Shown: positions 38,436 through 49,767, numbered from the stretch's first letter. The stretch: 64,000 bases of DNA from an uncultured archaeon (GCA_964493715.1 CAZBPC010000005.1:1-64000), one strand, 5' to 3'. The notes: generated by a model not told the origin, from the sequence alone. Program-made: numbers and translations.

Positions 38436-40256
38436 TTAGGCTCTAAACATTATTCCTAACGATTCCTTGAGAATATTTTCCTTTAAATTTCTAATCTGTT
38501 CAAAATCTTCATTTGGAATAGAAATGTTGAGATTGTGAAATTTTTTTAAAACTTCTTCAAAATGATAAATGTCCAATTTAAAACCCTTTTCTAAGAGAGA
38601 TTTTCCCTCTTTATAAAGGATAAGAATTAATTTAATTAAAGCTAATAACTTTTTATGGTCTGTAAACATATCTATTTTTTCATAAGCATTTTGAATTAAA
38701 AAGCAATTTCTAATTAATCTTGCCATAAAAAGATTTAATTTTTGATTTTCTGTTAGATCTAAATCTCCCGTTAATTGCAGGACTAATTTAAATTCATTTT
38801 CATGAGATAAAATTTCATCTACTTGTTTTCGACATTCAAACCAATCCAGATTCATGTTATCCCATTGGAAATTTCTTTCTTCCCACCATTTTACCAGATA
38901 TTCAGGATAATTTGAATACGAGTTAAGCCAGTCGATAGCAGGATAATGTTTTAAATATGCCAATTTAGGATCTAATGCCCAAATACCTTGAACCACTCGT
39001 TTAGTTGCTGCTGTGACTGGTTCATTAAAATCACCTCCAGGAGGTGATATTGAACTAATTATCGTTAAAGAACCAATTCTATCTTTACCAGAAAGGTCAG
39101 ATCCCAGAGATTTAACAACACCAGCTCGTTCATAGAAACTCGAAAGTTTTGATGATAAATATGCGGGATATCCTTCTTCTGCAGGCATTTCCTCAAGTAA
39201 GCTGGAAATTTCTCTTAATGATTCTGCCCATCTTGAAGTACTATCTGCTACAATCGCAACATCATATCCCATATCTCTATAATATTCAGCAATGGTAATC
39301 CCTGAAAATAAGCTTGCTTCTCGTGCAGAAACTGGCATATTTGAAGTATTCACAATAAGAATTACATGATCCAAAATAGGCTGACCTGTTCTAAGATCCA
39401 AATTCTCGGAAAATTCCTTTAAGACATGAGCAATTTCATTACCAGGTTCACCACATCCTATAAACACAATAATATCCGCATTGCAATACTTAGCGATAGA
39501 TTCTTGGAGAATTGTTTTCCCCGTGCCAAATCCTCCAGGGATTGCAAATGTTCCTCCTTTTGCTATAGGAAATAATAAGTCAATTATTCTTATTCCTGTA
39601 AGTAATGGTTCTGAAGGATCAATCTTTTTCGTAAAAGGTCTAGCTTTAGAAATTTGGCTTTTTGTTAACATGCAAAAAGATTCCTCTTCTTGATTAATTT
39701 TAATTCGATATATATTATCGATTATGGTATAATCACCTTCATTTGCAATATATGACAATTTACCAAAAGCATTATAAGGTGCCATAATTTTATGGTCTAT
39801 TACGGGAGTTTCGGTTACAATTCCAATTAAATCTCCACCAATGATTTCTTCATCTATTTTTTTTTTTGGAATAAAATGCCATTTTTTTTTTCTGGAAAGT
39901 GATGGAAATTTCATTCCTCTTTTTAATTCACCTCCCTCAAATTTTTCAAAAGTTGTTTCTAATGGTCTCTGAATACCATCAAATACATGAGATAATAAAC
40001 CTGGAGCTAACTCCATAGAGAGAGGTTCTCCCAAATTTATAACTTCTTCATTTAATCTTAAATTGTACGTATTTTCAAAACATTGAGCTATTACATGATC
40101 TTTATAAATTTGAATAACTTCACTTAAAATATTAAACCGGGAAATTTTAATTAAATCATATAATCTTGTTTGATTTCCTAATCCTTTAATCTCAATCAAA
40201 GATCCATTTACAGCGGAGATATAACCCCGAATAGATCCTTTTTCTAATTCCGTCAT
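38436..40256 (-). CDS. atpA: Second A/V-type ATPase subunit A paralog (GCGEPGNE variant)
   Basis: [40 protein letters not shown]. Confidence 0.9.
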   Translation of the reverse strand: MTELEKGSIRGYISAVNGSLIEIKGLGNQTRLYDLIKISRFNILSEVIQIYKDHVIAQCFENTYNLRLNEEVINLGEPLSMELAPGLLSHVFDGIQRPLETTFEKFEGGELKRGMKFPSLSRKKKWHFIPKKKIDEEIIGGDLIGIVTETPVIDHKIMAPYNAFGKLSYIANEGDYTIIDNIYRIKINQEEESFCMLTKSQISKARPFTKKIDPSEPLLTGIRIIDLLFPIAKGGTFAIPGGFGTGKTILQESIAKYCNADIIVFIGCGEPGNEIAHVLKEFSENLDLRTGQPILDHVILIVNTSNMPVSAREASLFSGITIAEYYRDMGYDVAIVADSTSRWAESLREISSLLEEMPAEEGYPAYLSSKLSSFYERAGVVKSLGSDLSGKDRIGSLTIISSISPPGGDFNEPVTAATKRVVQGIWALDPKLAYLKHYPAIDWLNSYSNYPEYLVKWWEERNFQWDNMNLDWFECRKQVDEILSHENEFKLVLQLTGDLDLTENQKLNLFMARLIRNCFLIQNAYEKIDMFTDHKKLLALIKLILILYKEGKSLLEKGFKLDIYHFEEVLKKFHNLNISIPNEDFEQIRNLKENILKESLGIMFRA

Positions 40257-40306
40257 ATTTTTAATCTTTTTTAGTCAATGATATAATATAAATTAGTTTA
40301 TATTCA

Positions 40307-40720
40307 TTAAGATATTAGTGATTCTCCACAATTCGGACATTTCTTAGCAAAATGAGGCAATAAAATTCCACAATTTGAACATTTTCGAACAATTGGTTTT
40401 TTATATTTTGAATCCAGCTGAATATGATCAATCCTTCTTATATGATGGGTTTCAAACTCCTTTAGATATTTCTCTTTCTCATTCTGCTCTTTATATCTTT
40501 TACGTTTAAATAAGGTGAAAATTTCCTTACCCTTAAATAATATACCAATAAATAATAGAAAAGAAAAAAAGACTATTAGCAGAGCGAGTGGATGAGAACT
40601 TCCAAGATTTATCAAGCTATTATAGAAATAAAAAATAAATATCGTAAAAATTATTAATAGACTTAATTGGAAAATAAGTTTTGGAGATTTCTTTTTTGGT
40701 CTTTCTATTTCACTTGTCAT
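40307..40720 (-). CDS. Two-TM membrane protein with C-terminal zinc ribbon
   Basis: Two hydrophobic helices, CSNC...CPNC. Confidence 0.75.
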   Translation of the reverse strand: MTSEIERPKKKSPKLIFQLSLLIIFTIFIFYFYNSLINLGSSHPLALLIVFFSFLLFIGILFKGKEIFTLFKRKRYKEQNEKEKYLKEFETHHIRRIDHIQLDSKYKKPIVRKCSNCGILLPHFAKKCPNCGESLIS

Positions 40721-40746
40721 TATATTTTATTTTGGTAAATTAATTA

Positions 40747-43041
40747 TTAAAAATATTTTGAAGAAATATAGTTTCTTGCATCTTCAATACTCTCCCGTGT
40801 TTCTTCCGTTTCAATCTCTCTTTCTATGGTACTAGAGATAAGATCCTTCTCCGTGTCCATTTTAAATGTAATAGTAGAATAGTTTTCATCTAAAATAAAA
40901 GGAATAAATGTTTTACCCCTCCCTTCATAAAATTTAAAGAAGAATTCATAAAAGTGCAACCTAATTGCGTTTATAAAAACAAGAACCCCCTCTAAAAGTA
41001 TTACTAGAATATTTCCAAGTATCAATGATAGCATGACAACAATTTGTATAAATATACCTTGGCCAGGAATTATTGAAATCAAAGCTTGAATCGCGACCAA
41101 TAAAGATACATGTGTTAACGCTAAAGCTAGCAACCTTATATATGAGAGTGTATTACTCAATACCGATAAAACCGTCTCAAACGTATCCATCGATCCCTTT
41201 CCAATTAATTCCATGAAGGACTCTTTCTTTAAATAAGAGATCCCTAATAACTTACCAATAGGTTTAAAGAGGATTAACATTATAGCAGGGATTAGAGGGA
41301 GTAAAATAGGCGGAAGAGGAGATGCAAGCCATGCTTTAAGATTAATTCCCCATGTTGTAATTAGAAGGATACCCATATCTAAAAATAACATTTTCATTAA
41401 AGTTTCCGTAAATGCAGTATATTTTTTAGACCCTTTCCACAAATTTACAAATTGTATTGACCAACCAAGATTTATATGAACAATCCCGATAAAGATAGTT
41501 AAAAAAAAGATTGCCATCACATTATTTAATGGATCATACAAATTTATATATCCTATAAAGGGAATCGGTATTGGAATAGGATTAAGATGATATCCAAAAA
41601 TTTCTTCATATCCAAAAAATTCACCGTACAAGAATCCTCCTAAAATAGCCCACCAACCACACCAAAAAATGATCCAACAAAAATTACGAAGATCACCTTC
41701 TCGTTTTCTAAAAAGTATCCCACCTACAAGTCCTGATATTATCAAAATCATTCCATGTCCGATATCTCCAAACATAATTCCAAATAATAAAGGAAATGTA
41801 ATGAATAAAAATGTGGTTGGATCGATTTCGGAATAACTAGGTGTTCCGTACATTTTTGTTAGCGTTTCAAAAGGTCTTATTATACGATTATGCATCATCA
41901 GGGTTGGTGTTTCCCCTTTAAAAGTATTATCCACCGTTTCTTTTGATGATTCTTTATCTTTAGCGCTTTTTTTTGATCGCTCTTTCTTAGGTTTTTTTTT
42001 TAACGCCTTATCTTTAATATCTTGATCCCTTGTTACTTTTCCACCTTTAGCGATGTTTAACACTTCATATGTTATTTTATCATGAAAAAGATCATCCAAC
42101 TTTCTTTTTAATTCATCTTTTTTAGATTGAAGAACAAAAAATTTATAACTTAAGCGATTTAATGATAGTTCTTCAAATTGACTACTTACCCAACTATATT
42201 CTTCAAGATTTGATATTCCTTCTTCTATTGCTGCAAACTTTAATAAGTTTTTATCTCTAATTCTTTTTAATTCATTTTCATATTTTTTTAAGTAATTATT
42301 GATTAGTTCAAGTTCATTATTAATTCTTTCAAAATTAATCCCTGTTGGTGTTAAGAATTTCTTCAGTAATGGTACAAGCTCTCCATGGATTACACTAATT
42401 TTTTCTCTTAATTGGTCTTTTTTTTCCTTTGGGTAGATTATAAAAAAAGCAGTCCTGTCATTCGATATTGTTTGAGTCTGAATTACACTTGGAAATTCAG
42501 AAAATTCGAAGATATCATTTATTATACTCAAATTTTTTGTATAGGTTGTAAAAATCCTAAAGTTAAAATAAGTTAAATTAGTAAGATTCTCGCGTGATAT
42601 GTCATAATTTTCAAGAAAATGATATGTTTTTTCCAGATTATTCATTTTTTCTAATTCAATTTTTGTTGTTGATGAATATCTTTCTAATTCATTGAAACGA
42701 TTTGTATAAAAATTAATCTCTTCAGAAAAATAATTTATTAAAGCATGTGAGTCTTTTGCAACGAAATTAATTCTTTCTTCTTTTTTAATGTTTAATGCTT
42801 GAAAATCAAGTTCAGTAATATTTAATTTTTGTAATAACGTTTCAAAATTAAGTCTTAAATTCTTGAGTTTATCTTTAAATATTTCATCTTCTTCATTTTT
42901 TATTGTTGATTGGTATTCTCCTTTTTCCCTTATATGAGCTAATTTAAATTCAGCAAGACTAGTTAAAAGAAGATCTTTATAATCTTTATTGATTATTAAT
43001 TTAAATAGAGACATCTCGTTACCAAATTTCATCTTTATCAC
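40747..43041 (-). CDS. atpI: A/V-type ATP synthase subunit I (a)
   Basis: YGTPSYSEIDPT, FGIMFGDIGHG, SYIRLLAL essential Arg, RLHFYEFF. Confidence 0.95.
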   Translation of the reverse strand: MIKMKFGNEMSLFKLIINKDYKDLLLTSLAEFKLAHIREKGEYQSTIKNEEDEIFKDKLKNLRLNFETLLQKLNITELDFQALNIKKEERINFVAKDSHALINYFSEEINFYTNRFNELERYSSTTKIELEKMNNLEKTYHFLENYDISRENLTNLTYFNFRIFTTYTKNLSIINDIFEFSEFPSVIQTQTISNDRTAFFIIYPKEKKDQLREKISVIHGELVPLLKKFLTPTGINFERINNELELINNYLKKYENELKRIRDKNLLKFAAIEEGISNLEEYSWVSSQFEELSLNRLSYKFFVLQSKKDELKRKLDDLFHDKITYEVLNIAKGGKVTRDQDIKDKALKKKPKKERSKKSAKDKESSKETVDNTFKGETPTLMMHNRIIRPFETLTKMYGTPSYSEIDPTTFLFITFPLLFGIMFGDIGHGMILIISGLVGGILFRKREGDLRNFCWIIFWCGWWAILGGFLYGEFFGYEEIFGYHLNPIPIPIPFIGYINLYDPLNNVMAIFFLTIFIGIVHINLGWSIQFVNLWKGSKKYTAFTETLMKMLFLDMGILLITTWGINLKAWLASPLPPILLPLIPAIMLILFKPIGKLLGISYLKKESFMELIGKGSMDTFETVLSVLSNTLSYIRLLALALTHVSLLVAIQALISIIPGQGIFIQIVVMLSLILGNILVILLEGVLVFINAIRLHFYEFFFKFYEGRGKTFIPFILDENYSTITFKMDTEKDLISSTIEREIETEETRESIEDARNYISSKYF

Positions 43042-43058
43042 TTCCTTTAAATTTCCTA

Positions 43059-43691
43059 TTAATCTTTAATCAAACTTTTAGTTTTTTTTAATCTAATAAA
43101 ATTTTCTCTGTCAAGTTCCTCTAAAATCTCTTTAATAATCTTAATATCTGATTCTAATTGGGGTTTGATAACATTCTTCAATCCGTTTATTCTTCGGCTA
43201 ATTTTTTTAAAATTAAATGCAAGGCTTAAAAGAACAGCTTCTTTTTCAGCATATAAAATAAGATATTTGAAAAAATCTTTTAAATAAATAATTAAGTCAT
43301 CAAGATGATGACTTGTATTTTGAAAAGAATAAGGAGGGAGTTGCTTTTCTTGAACTAATTCATATTCTATGGATGGTAATAAAATACCTATATCCTTCTT
43401 ATATATTATATCTATAAATGGTTGAAATTGAATTTGACTAATTTGATTTATTATATTAATTTCTCGCTTTCCCATTTCTTTATAGGTTTCATTTAAAGCT
43501 AATAAAGCTAATTTATATGATTTATAAAGATGATTTTGATAAATTTTATATTCTATCCAAAGATTCTTGATTTGATTTATTAATTGTTCTTGTTTATATT
43601 CTAAAAAATTCTTTCCTTTAATTACAAAATCTAATTTTTTCTTAAGGAAAATTAGATTAGTCTTTGTAGGTTGTAATTTCCTAAAACTTAT
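43059..43691 (-). CDS. atpD: A/V-type ATP synthase subunit D, about 210 aa with a non-canonical ATA (or ATC at 43694) start
   Basis: Frame open upstream of the called ATG, encoding SFRKLQPTKTNLIFLKKKL..KGKNFLEYK; C-terminal RRINGLKNV..P, LEELDRENFIRLKK. Confidence 0.9.
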   Translation of the reverse strand: MSFRKLQPTKTNLIFLKKKLDFVIKGKNFLEYKQEQLINQIKNLWIEYKIYQNHLYKSYKLALLALNETYKEMGKREINIINQISQIQFQPFIDIIYKKDIGILLPSIEYELVQEKQLPPYSFQNTSHHLDDLIIYLKDFFKYLILYAEKEAVLLSLAFNFKKISRRINGLKNVIKPQLESDIKIIKEILEELDRENFIRLKKTKSLIKD

Positions 43692-43694
43692 GAT

Positions 43695-45086
43695 TTACAC
43701 CTCTTTTGGGTAGTATTTATCAATATATTCTTGATGAATCCTATATAATTGATTTTTTGGGAGATTAGATAATACTTCCCAACTTATTGTTAGTGTTTTA
43801 ATAAAATCCCGATTTTCATGAAATCCTTGATTTAAAAATTTTTTTTCAAAATCTTCTCCAAATTGTAATAACGCTTTTTGTTCTAAATTTAGACTATCCT
43901 CTCCTACTATTGATATTAAATCTCTTACTTCTAAAGCACTAGAATAAGAGGCAAGCAACTGAGAACTAACATCAGCATGATCTTCTCTTGTTGTCTCTTT
44001 ACCTATGGAATCTTTCATCAAACGTGATATAGAGGCCAAAACTTCAAAAGGGGGATATATTCCTCTTTTTTGGAAACTACGACTAAGAACCAATTGTCCT
44101 TCAGTAATATATCCTGTAGTATCGGGTATTGGATGCGAAATATCATCATTTGGCATAGTCAAAATTGGGATTTGTGTTATCGATCCTTTTTTACCCTTTA
44201 TTACTCCCGTTCTTTCATAAATAGAAGCAAAATTAGAATATAAGTATCCAGGATATCCTTTTCTACTTGGAATCTCTTCTTTAGCTGAACTTAATTCTCT
44301 TAAGGCTTCGGCATAGTTAGTCATATCAATTAAAATAACAAGTACATGCATATCTTCTTCAAAAGCAAAATATTCTGCTGTTGTTAATGCCACATTTGGA
44401 ATTAATAACCGCTCCATCACGGGATCGTCAGCAAAATTGATAAAAGAAATGATATTTTGGATATTTCCACTTTCTTGAAAACGGTTCATAAAATAAATTG
44501 CTTCATCTTGAATAATCCCAATTCCACAAAAAATTATCAAAAAGGGTTCTTCCGTTAAAACTTTTGCTTGCGTTACAATTTGGGCCGCTAATTTCCCATG
44601 GGAAAGACCTTGTCCACTAAAAATAGGAAGTTTTTGACCTCGAATTAATGTGAATAACCCATCAATAACCGAAATCCCCGTTTGTATTACTTGTGAAGGA
44701 TACTGCCTAGCAAATGGATTTATTGGAATGCTATTAATATCTTTTTCTATATCAGTTAAAATATCTATATTCAGCAATTTTTTTGTAAAGATATCAATAG
44801 GCTTTCCTAAGGAGTTAAAAACACCTCCCAACATATCTTTTGAGATTTTTATTTTAAATGTATCATTAGTGAAAATAATTTGTGAACTATCTGAAGACAT
44901 TCCTTTTGTATCTTCAAAAACTTCAACAACAATTAATTCCTTACTTATTTTTACTACTTGACCAAGTCGATTTTCTTGTTCTTTTGTATGAATTTCAACG
45001 ATTTCCCCATATTGCACGTTATGTTTATTTTCAATAAACAATAAAGGTCCGATTATTTGTTTAATATTAGTATAGCTTATACTCAT
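43695..45086 (-). CDS. atpB: A/V-type ATP synthase subunit B
   Basis: [49 protein letters not shown]. Confidence 0.96.
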   Translation of the reverse strand: MSISYTNIKQIIGPLLFIENKHNVQYGEIVEIHTKEQENRLGQVVKISKELIVVEVFEDTKGMSSDSSQIIFTNDTFKIKISKDMLGGVFNSLGKPIDIFTKKLLNIDILTDIEKDINSIPINPFARQYPSQVIQTGISVIDGLFTLIRGQKLPIFSGQGLSHGKLAAQIVTQAKVLTEEPFLIIFCGIGIIQDEAIYFMNRFQESGNIQNIISFINFADDPVMERLLIPNVALTTAEYFAFEEDMHVLVILIDMTNYAEALRELSSAKEEIPSRKGYPGYLYSNFASIYERTGVIKGKKGSITQIPILTMPNDDISHPIPDTTGYITEGQLVLSRSFQKRGIYPPFEVLASISRLMKDSIGKETTREDHADVSSQLLASYSSALEVRDLISIVGEDSLNLEQKALLQFGEDFEKKFLNQGFHENRDFIKTLTISWEVLSNLPKNQLYRIHQEYIDKYYPKEV

Positions 45087-46924
45087 TTTTCTTTCATCGT
45101 TCTATATGATATTTGTAGTTCAAAAATTTCACTTAATAATTTATCTTTTAATTTTTCAATTTTAGAAAATTCATTATTTGGAATAGAATTACTAATTCTT
45201 AATATCTCATCTATAACTTTAAGATCTTTAACTTCTTCAATTATAATTCCTTTACTTAAGAGCTCTTTAGCTTTTGTATATAATAAAAGAATTAATTTTA
45301 TTAGCCCCAATAATTTTTTGGAATCGGTAAAATTATCTATAACATCAAAAGCATTTTGAATCAAGAACCCTTCCTTTATTAATTTAGCACAAAATAGAAT
45401 AAGTTGCTGATCTTCTGGTAAATTTTCTTCTCCGATTAATTGAGTTATATTTTTTAAATCATTTTCAACTGATAAAATTTCATTTACTTGATTTCGACAT
45501 TCATTCCAATCGAGATTTAGCTCTGACCAGTAAATATCTCTTTTATGCCACCACTCAGAAATATATTCAGGATAATTAGAGTAGGAATCAAGCCAATTTA
45601 AAGCAGGGTAATGTTTTGCATAAGCAAGCCTTGCATCTAATGCCCAAAAAGCTTGTACAAAACGTTTGGTAGTCGCGGTAACTGGTTCACTAAAGTCTCC
45701 AGAAGGTGGTGAAACAGAACCAATGATTGTTAAAGATCCGATACGTTCTTCATTTGAAATATTTCCTCCTAGCGGGTAAACAACACCAGCCCTTTCGTAG
45801 AAACTTGATAGCTTTGAAGGTAAATACGCGGGATATCCTTCTTCAGCTGGCATTTCCTCAAGCAAGCCTGAAATTTCTCTTAAAGACTCAGCCCATCTTG
45901 ACGTACTATCCGCCATAAGAGCCACATCATAACCCATATCTCTATAATATTCAGCTATTGTAATTCCCGAAAAAATACTTGCTTCACGAGCAGATACGGG
46001 CATATTGGACGTGTTTGCTATCATTACAACTCTCTCCAATAACGGACGATCAGTTTTAGGATCAATAATTTTAGCAAATTCTTTTAGACTATCTGCTATT
46101 TCATTTCCTCTCTCTCCACAACCTACGAAAATGATAACATCTGCATCACACCATTTAGCCAAAGATTGTTGAATTACGGTTTTACCCGTTCCAAATCCTC
46201 CTGGAACTGCTACTGTGCCTCCTTTAGCTATAGGAAAGAGTAAATCAATTATACGTGTCCCTGTAATCAGAGGTTCAATGGGACTGATCTTTCTTTTAAA
46301 CGGTCTGCTTTTTGTAACTGACCATTTTTGAATCATATTAAATGATTTTTCTTCAGATTCACTTTTTAATCTATAAATTTCATCAACAATCAAATAGTCT
46401 CCTTCTTCTACAATATAAGTCAAATTTCCAGAGACCATAGGAGGTACTGATATGTAATGTTTTATTGAAGGCGTTTCTTGGACTACTCCAATTATATCAC
46501 CCCCCTTAATATCAATATCGGGTTTTAATAAAGGTACAAAATGCCATTTCTTTGTTCTTGATAATGAGGGTAATTCTACACCTCTCTTCAAGAAACTTGT
46601 GTTTTCAAGGTGCTCTAATATTTTTTCTAAAGGTCTTTGAATCCCATCATAAATACTGGATAATAACCCAGGACCTAATTCCATAGATAAAGGTTCTCCT
46701 AAATTAATAATTTCTTCATTTAATCTTATATTATTTGTATTTTCATAGCACTGAACAATTGTTCGATTAGCATAAATTTGAATAACTTCTCCTAATATAT
46801 TTTGGGTAGCAATCTTAACTAAATCATGAAGCCGAATATTTTGTTCTAATCCTTTGATTTCAATTAAGGAACCATTAATTGCAGAAATATATCCAGTTCG
46901 ATTATCTTTATGTGATTTACTCAT
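45083..46924 (-). CDS. atpA: A/V-type ATP synthase subunit A (canonical copy)
   Basis: [41 protein letters not shown]. Confidence 0.96.
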   Translation of the reverse strand: MSKSHKDNRTGYISAINGSLIEIKGLEQNIRLHDLVKIATQNILGEVIQIYANRTIVQCYENTNNIRLNEEIINLGEPLSMELGPGLLSSIYDGIQRPLEKILEHLENTSFLKRGVELPSLSRTKKWHFVPLLKPDIDIKGGDIIGVVQETPSIKHYISVPPMVSGNLTYIVEEGDYLIVDEIYRLKSESEEKSFNMIQKWSVTKSRPFKRKISPIEPLITGTRIIDLLFPIAKGGTVAVPGGFGTGKTVIQQSLAKWCDADVIIFVGCGERGNEIADSLKEFAKIIDPKTDRPLLERVVMIANTSNMPVSAREASIFSGITIAEYYRDMGYDVALMADSTSRWAESLREISGLLEEMPAEEGYPAYLPSKLSSFYERAGVVYPLGGNISNEERIGSLTIIGSVSPPSGDFSEPVTATTKRFVQAFWALDARLAYAKHYPALNWLDSYSNYPEYISEWWHKRDIYWSELNLDWNECRNQVNEILSVENDLKNITQLIGEENLPEDQQLILFCAKLIKEGFLIQNAFDVIDNFTDSKKLLGLIKLILLLYTKAKELLSKGIIIEEVKDLKVIDEILRISNSIPNNEFSKIEKLKDKLLSEIFELQISYRTMKEK

Positions 46925-47642
46925 AATTTTTTATATATTCTTCTATATCATTTTTCTTTAATTGAATAAATTTTACTAAACTATCATCTAATTCTTTATA
47001 ACCTAAATCAGAAATTAGCTTAGAGAATTCTATTTCAATATCAACATAATTTTTATTTACTAATGTCTCAAGAGTATAATCATAAGAAATTAGTGCCTGA
47101 GGCAGATTTACATTAAATCCACCAATAATCTCCTTAGAATCTTGTTTAATTATAACTGAATTTTTAAAATTCTTTTCAATTTTATTAAGATCTTTACTAA
47201 AATAATTGTAATCTTTAGAATTTAAAAGTATGACAATATCTCCTTTGTTATCTATGTCATTTCTTATACTATGCATAAATTTTAAAAAAAACGCGATATA
47301 AGCCGAATAATTTTTGTTAATTTTTTCTTTAATTCTTTCATAAATAGTGAATTTTAAGTCATTTAACAATTCATTCTTTAAACTTATTATTTTCTCTTTA
47401 GATTTTAAAAGAGCAGATGTTAAATTATTATTAAAAAATTGTGTGTATGTTTCGATGAAAATAGTTTTGATCTTATTAGATCCCTCGATTTTTTTCTCTA
47501 AATATTCTTTTCTAATTTCAGCCTTTTGAAATAATGTTCTCCTGTGAATATCTTTGATTTCTTGTTGAGCTTTATCTATCATATAAATTCCTAATGCTCC
47601 AACGGACTTTTTTAAATCTGACTCTTCTGAAATATTAATCAC
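46917..47642 (-). CDS. atpE: A/V-type ATP synthase subunit E
   Basis: N-terminal coiled coil, IIGGF...YDYTLE; operon position. Confidence 0.85.
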   Translation of the reverse strand: MINISEESDLKKSVGALGIYMIDKAQQEIKDIHRRTLFQKAEIRKEYLEKKIEGSNKIKTIFIETYTQFFNNNLTSALLKSKEKIISLKNELLNDLKFTIYERIKEKINKNYSAYIAFFLKFMHSIRNDIDNKGDIVILLNSKDYNYFSKDLNKIEKNFKNSVIIKQDSKEIIGGFNVNLPQALISYDYTLETLVNKNYVDIEIEFSKLISDLGYKELDDSLVKFIQLKKNDIEEYIKNYE

Positions 47643-47968
47643 TCTTTTAAACTTAATATTTTTCCAATCGATTCATATATCTTGTCTAAGAAAAGATCTT
47701 TAGGTATAACATCTAAATTAAAAATTTCTGGAAGATAAAAGATAAACGGTTTTCTTTTGTTTAACTTAAAATTAAGCAAGAAATCTTCACTATCACTTGG
47801 TAATTTTAACGAAATGATTATCATATCAATTGAAGGCTTTTTGATTAAATTGGAAAATTCTTTCTGAAAATCATCACTTTCCTTAATAACAGTTCCCTCT
47901 ATCCCTAACAAACCTAACATTGAAACGATGTAATCATACCCTAATACATGGATTTTTTGTTCAGACAC
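47639..47968 (-). CDS. atpF: A/V-type ATP synthase subunit F
   Basis: KIHVLG...LGLLGIEG; size and position. Confidence 0.85.
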   Translation of the reverse strand: MSEQKIHVLGYDYIVSMLGLLGIEGTVIKESDDFQKEFSNLIKKPSIDMIIISLKLPSDSEDFLLNFKLNKRKPFIFYLPEIFNLDVIPKDLFLDKIYESIGKILSLKE

Positions 47969-48288
47969 TAAAAATCATATCCTAATTTTTCTAAACTTAT
48001 TTCTATTAATTTATCCTTATTTTTTTGATAAACATCTTTTATAAGTTTAATCTCATCATAATCTTTTTTTTCAAAATTTTCTAAATGATCTTGAATATCT
48101 TTTGAAAAGTTTTTTAAAACTAAATCAACAGACTCCTGCTTCTTTTTAAGGATTTCCTCAACTTCTTTTTTTTCAGTATCAATTAAAGATTGAATTTCAG
48201 TAATACTCTCTTCTTTCGCCTTATTAACTAAAGATTCGTATATCTTTTCAATATCATTTAACCATTTAAATAATTCCAAATTTATCAC
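47968..48288 (-). CDS. Probable A/V-type ATP synthase subunit H (G)
   Basis: 106-aa charged helix inside the operon. Confidence 0.7.
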   Translation of the reverse strand: MINLELFKWLNDIEKIYESLVNKAKEESITEIQSLIDTEKKEVEEILKKKQESVDLVLKNFSKDIQDHLENFEKKDYDEIKLIKDVYQKNKDKLIEISLEKLGYDF

Positions 48289-48298
48289 ATTCTATTAG

Positions 48299-49348
48299 TT
48301 AATTTGTCAGTTTTAGTGAATTATAGTTTTTATTTATAATACTTACTACTTTTGGTAATATTTCTAATTTTATCTCTTTTTCTTTCTTTATAATTAATTC
48401 TAAAATACGGTTAATAGTCAAGGATTCTATGTCATCTGTCTTATGCTTAATTTTTGTGAAATAATAATTCTTATACATTCTCTCAAGCTCCCATAAGGGA
48501 TGTTCTAATTCTAAAATGTTAAAGTTATACTTTAATTCGTGAGTTGCTCCTAAATATTCATTAATTTTTGAAAAAAAATCATTTAAGGTTTTTTGATTTA
48601 ATAGATTTTCAATTTCATCCGCTTTTAAAAAGAGATAGTGATTAATGATAAATTGATTTAATAATTTTTTATCAATTTTGTTAATTATACCACGATAGAT
48701 AGTATTGATATTATATATCTCAGTATTAAGGGAATTAAATAAAGAAATCATAGATTTTTCTTTTTCATTTAATATTTTTTCTCGTTTTAATAGATTTTCG
48801 TAATATAATTGGTCCAAGAATGCTTCAAGGACAAAAACTTCATTATAATTTTTAAAATAAAGAAAACCCTCTCTTATTACCCTATTATATTTAGTTGGTT
48901 TCATATATAATTGAATTTCATCTAACGTCTTTACTTCGATAATTTTTTTTATTAAATCTGTGTTTTCTAAATATTCTTCAATTAAAAAATTGACATTTTT
49001 TGATATTTCTTCTTTATTTAGCCCAATAATAAATCCTAATATGATTTGCTTGATATTCATTATCTCATATTTAACTAAATAATCTTTCAAAAAACGCCTC
49101 ATATTTATTGGGGAAATGGAAATTAATTTCCCTATCAGTTTAAAAAAGAAATGGAATAGTGCTTTCTCAATTTCTTCAATACTATTTTCTTTAATATTTA
49201 AATCGGGATAAAACGGCTCGATATAGTTTAGAAATCCTTCAATTTCATTAAAATCTTTTAACTTGTCTAAAGTTTCTTCATCGATGATTAACTGCTTAAG
49301 AGAAGCTATCTTAATGAAGGTGAAATCATAAGATGGAACCGTTATCAT
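48299..49348 (-). CDS. atpC: A/V-type ATP synthase subunit C (d)
   Basis: KYEIMNIK, LEAFLDQLYY, EIYNI...RG; size about 350 aa. Confidence 0.85.
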   Translation of the reverse strand: MITVPSYDFTFIKIASLKQLIIDEETLDKLKDFNEIEGFLNYIEPFYPDLNIKENSIEEIEKALFHFFFKLIGKLISISPINMRRFLKDYLVKYEIMNIKQIILGFIIGLNKEEISKNVNFLIEEYLENTDLIKKIIEVKTLDEIQLYMKPTKYNRVIREGFLYFKNYNEVFVLEAFLDQLYYENLLKREKILNEKEKSMISLFNSLNTEIYNINTIYRGIINKIDKKLLNQFIINHYLFLKADEIENLLNQKTLNDFFSKINEYLGATHELKYNFNILELEHPLWELERMYKNYYFTKIKHKTDDIESLTINRILELIIKKEKEIKLEILPKVVSIINKNYNSLKLTN

Positions 49349-49383
49349 TATTTAAACACCGATTATATATTATAAAAAAAAAT

Positions 49384-49767
49384 CTACGAATAAGGGGGGG
49401 TTGGGATTTTTGTCCATAACAATATTCCAATAATTAATCCATATATTGCTAACGCTTCTCCTAAAGCTACTACTAAAAATGCTTTAAAAAAATACTCTTC
49501 CCTCTCTGTCAATGCGGCTATAGCAGATGTTCCCATACTTTTTAAAGCTATACCACTCCCTAATACCGCTAAACCAACAGCTAATGCTGAAGCGATCGCT
49601 AATGACCCTGCTGTTGAAGATGAATAATAATCTATTGCGTCAGATGGAGTTTGGGCAACTACTGATGTAATCAAGCCATTTACGGAAAAAAACACAACTA
49701 ATACTAAAAATATTTGGTAAAATCCAATTAATAAATAAAATTTTTGTTTACCATTCAAATCTTTCAC
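49384..49767 (-). CDS. atpK: A/V-type ATP synthase proteolipid K (c), single hairpin plus N-terminal hydrophobic leader
   Basis: ALAVGLAVLGSGIA, VALGEALAIYG ion-binding Glu. Confidence 0.92.
   Translation of the reverse strand: MKDLNGKQKFYLLIGFYQIFLVLVVFFSVNGLITSVVAQTPSDAIDYYSSSTAGSLAIASALAVGLAVLGSGIALKSMGTSAIAALTEREEYFFKAFLVVALGEALAIYGLIIGILLWTKIPTPPYS

Noticed and set aside
38436-40256. Second atpA considered as an assembly duplication or pseudogene
   Set aside because: It is substantially diverged from the first copy along its whole length and has an uninterrupted 606-codon frame
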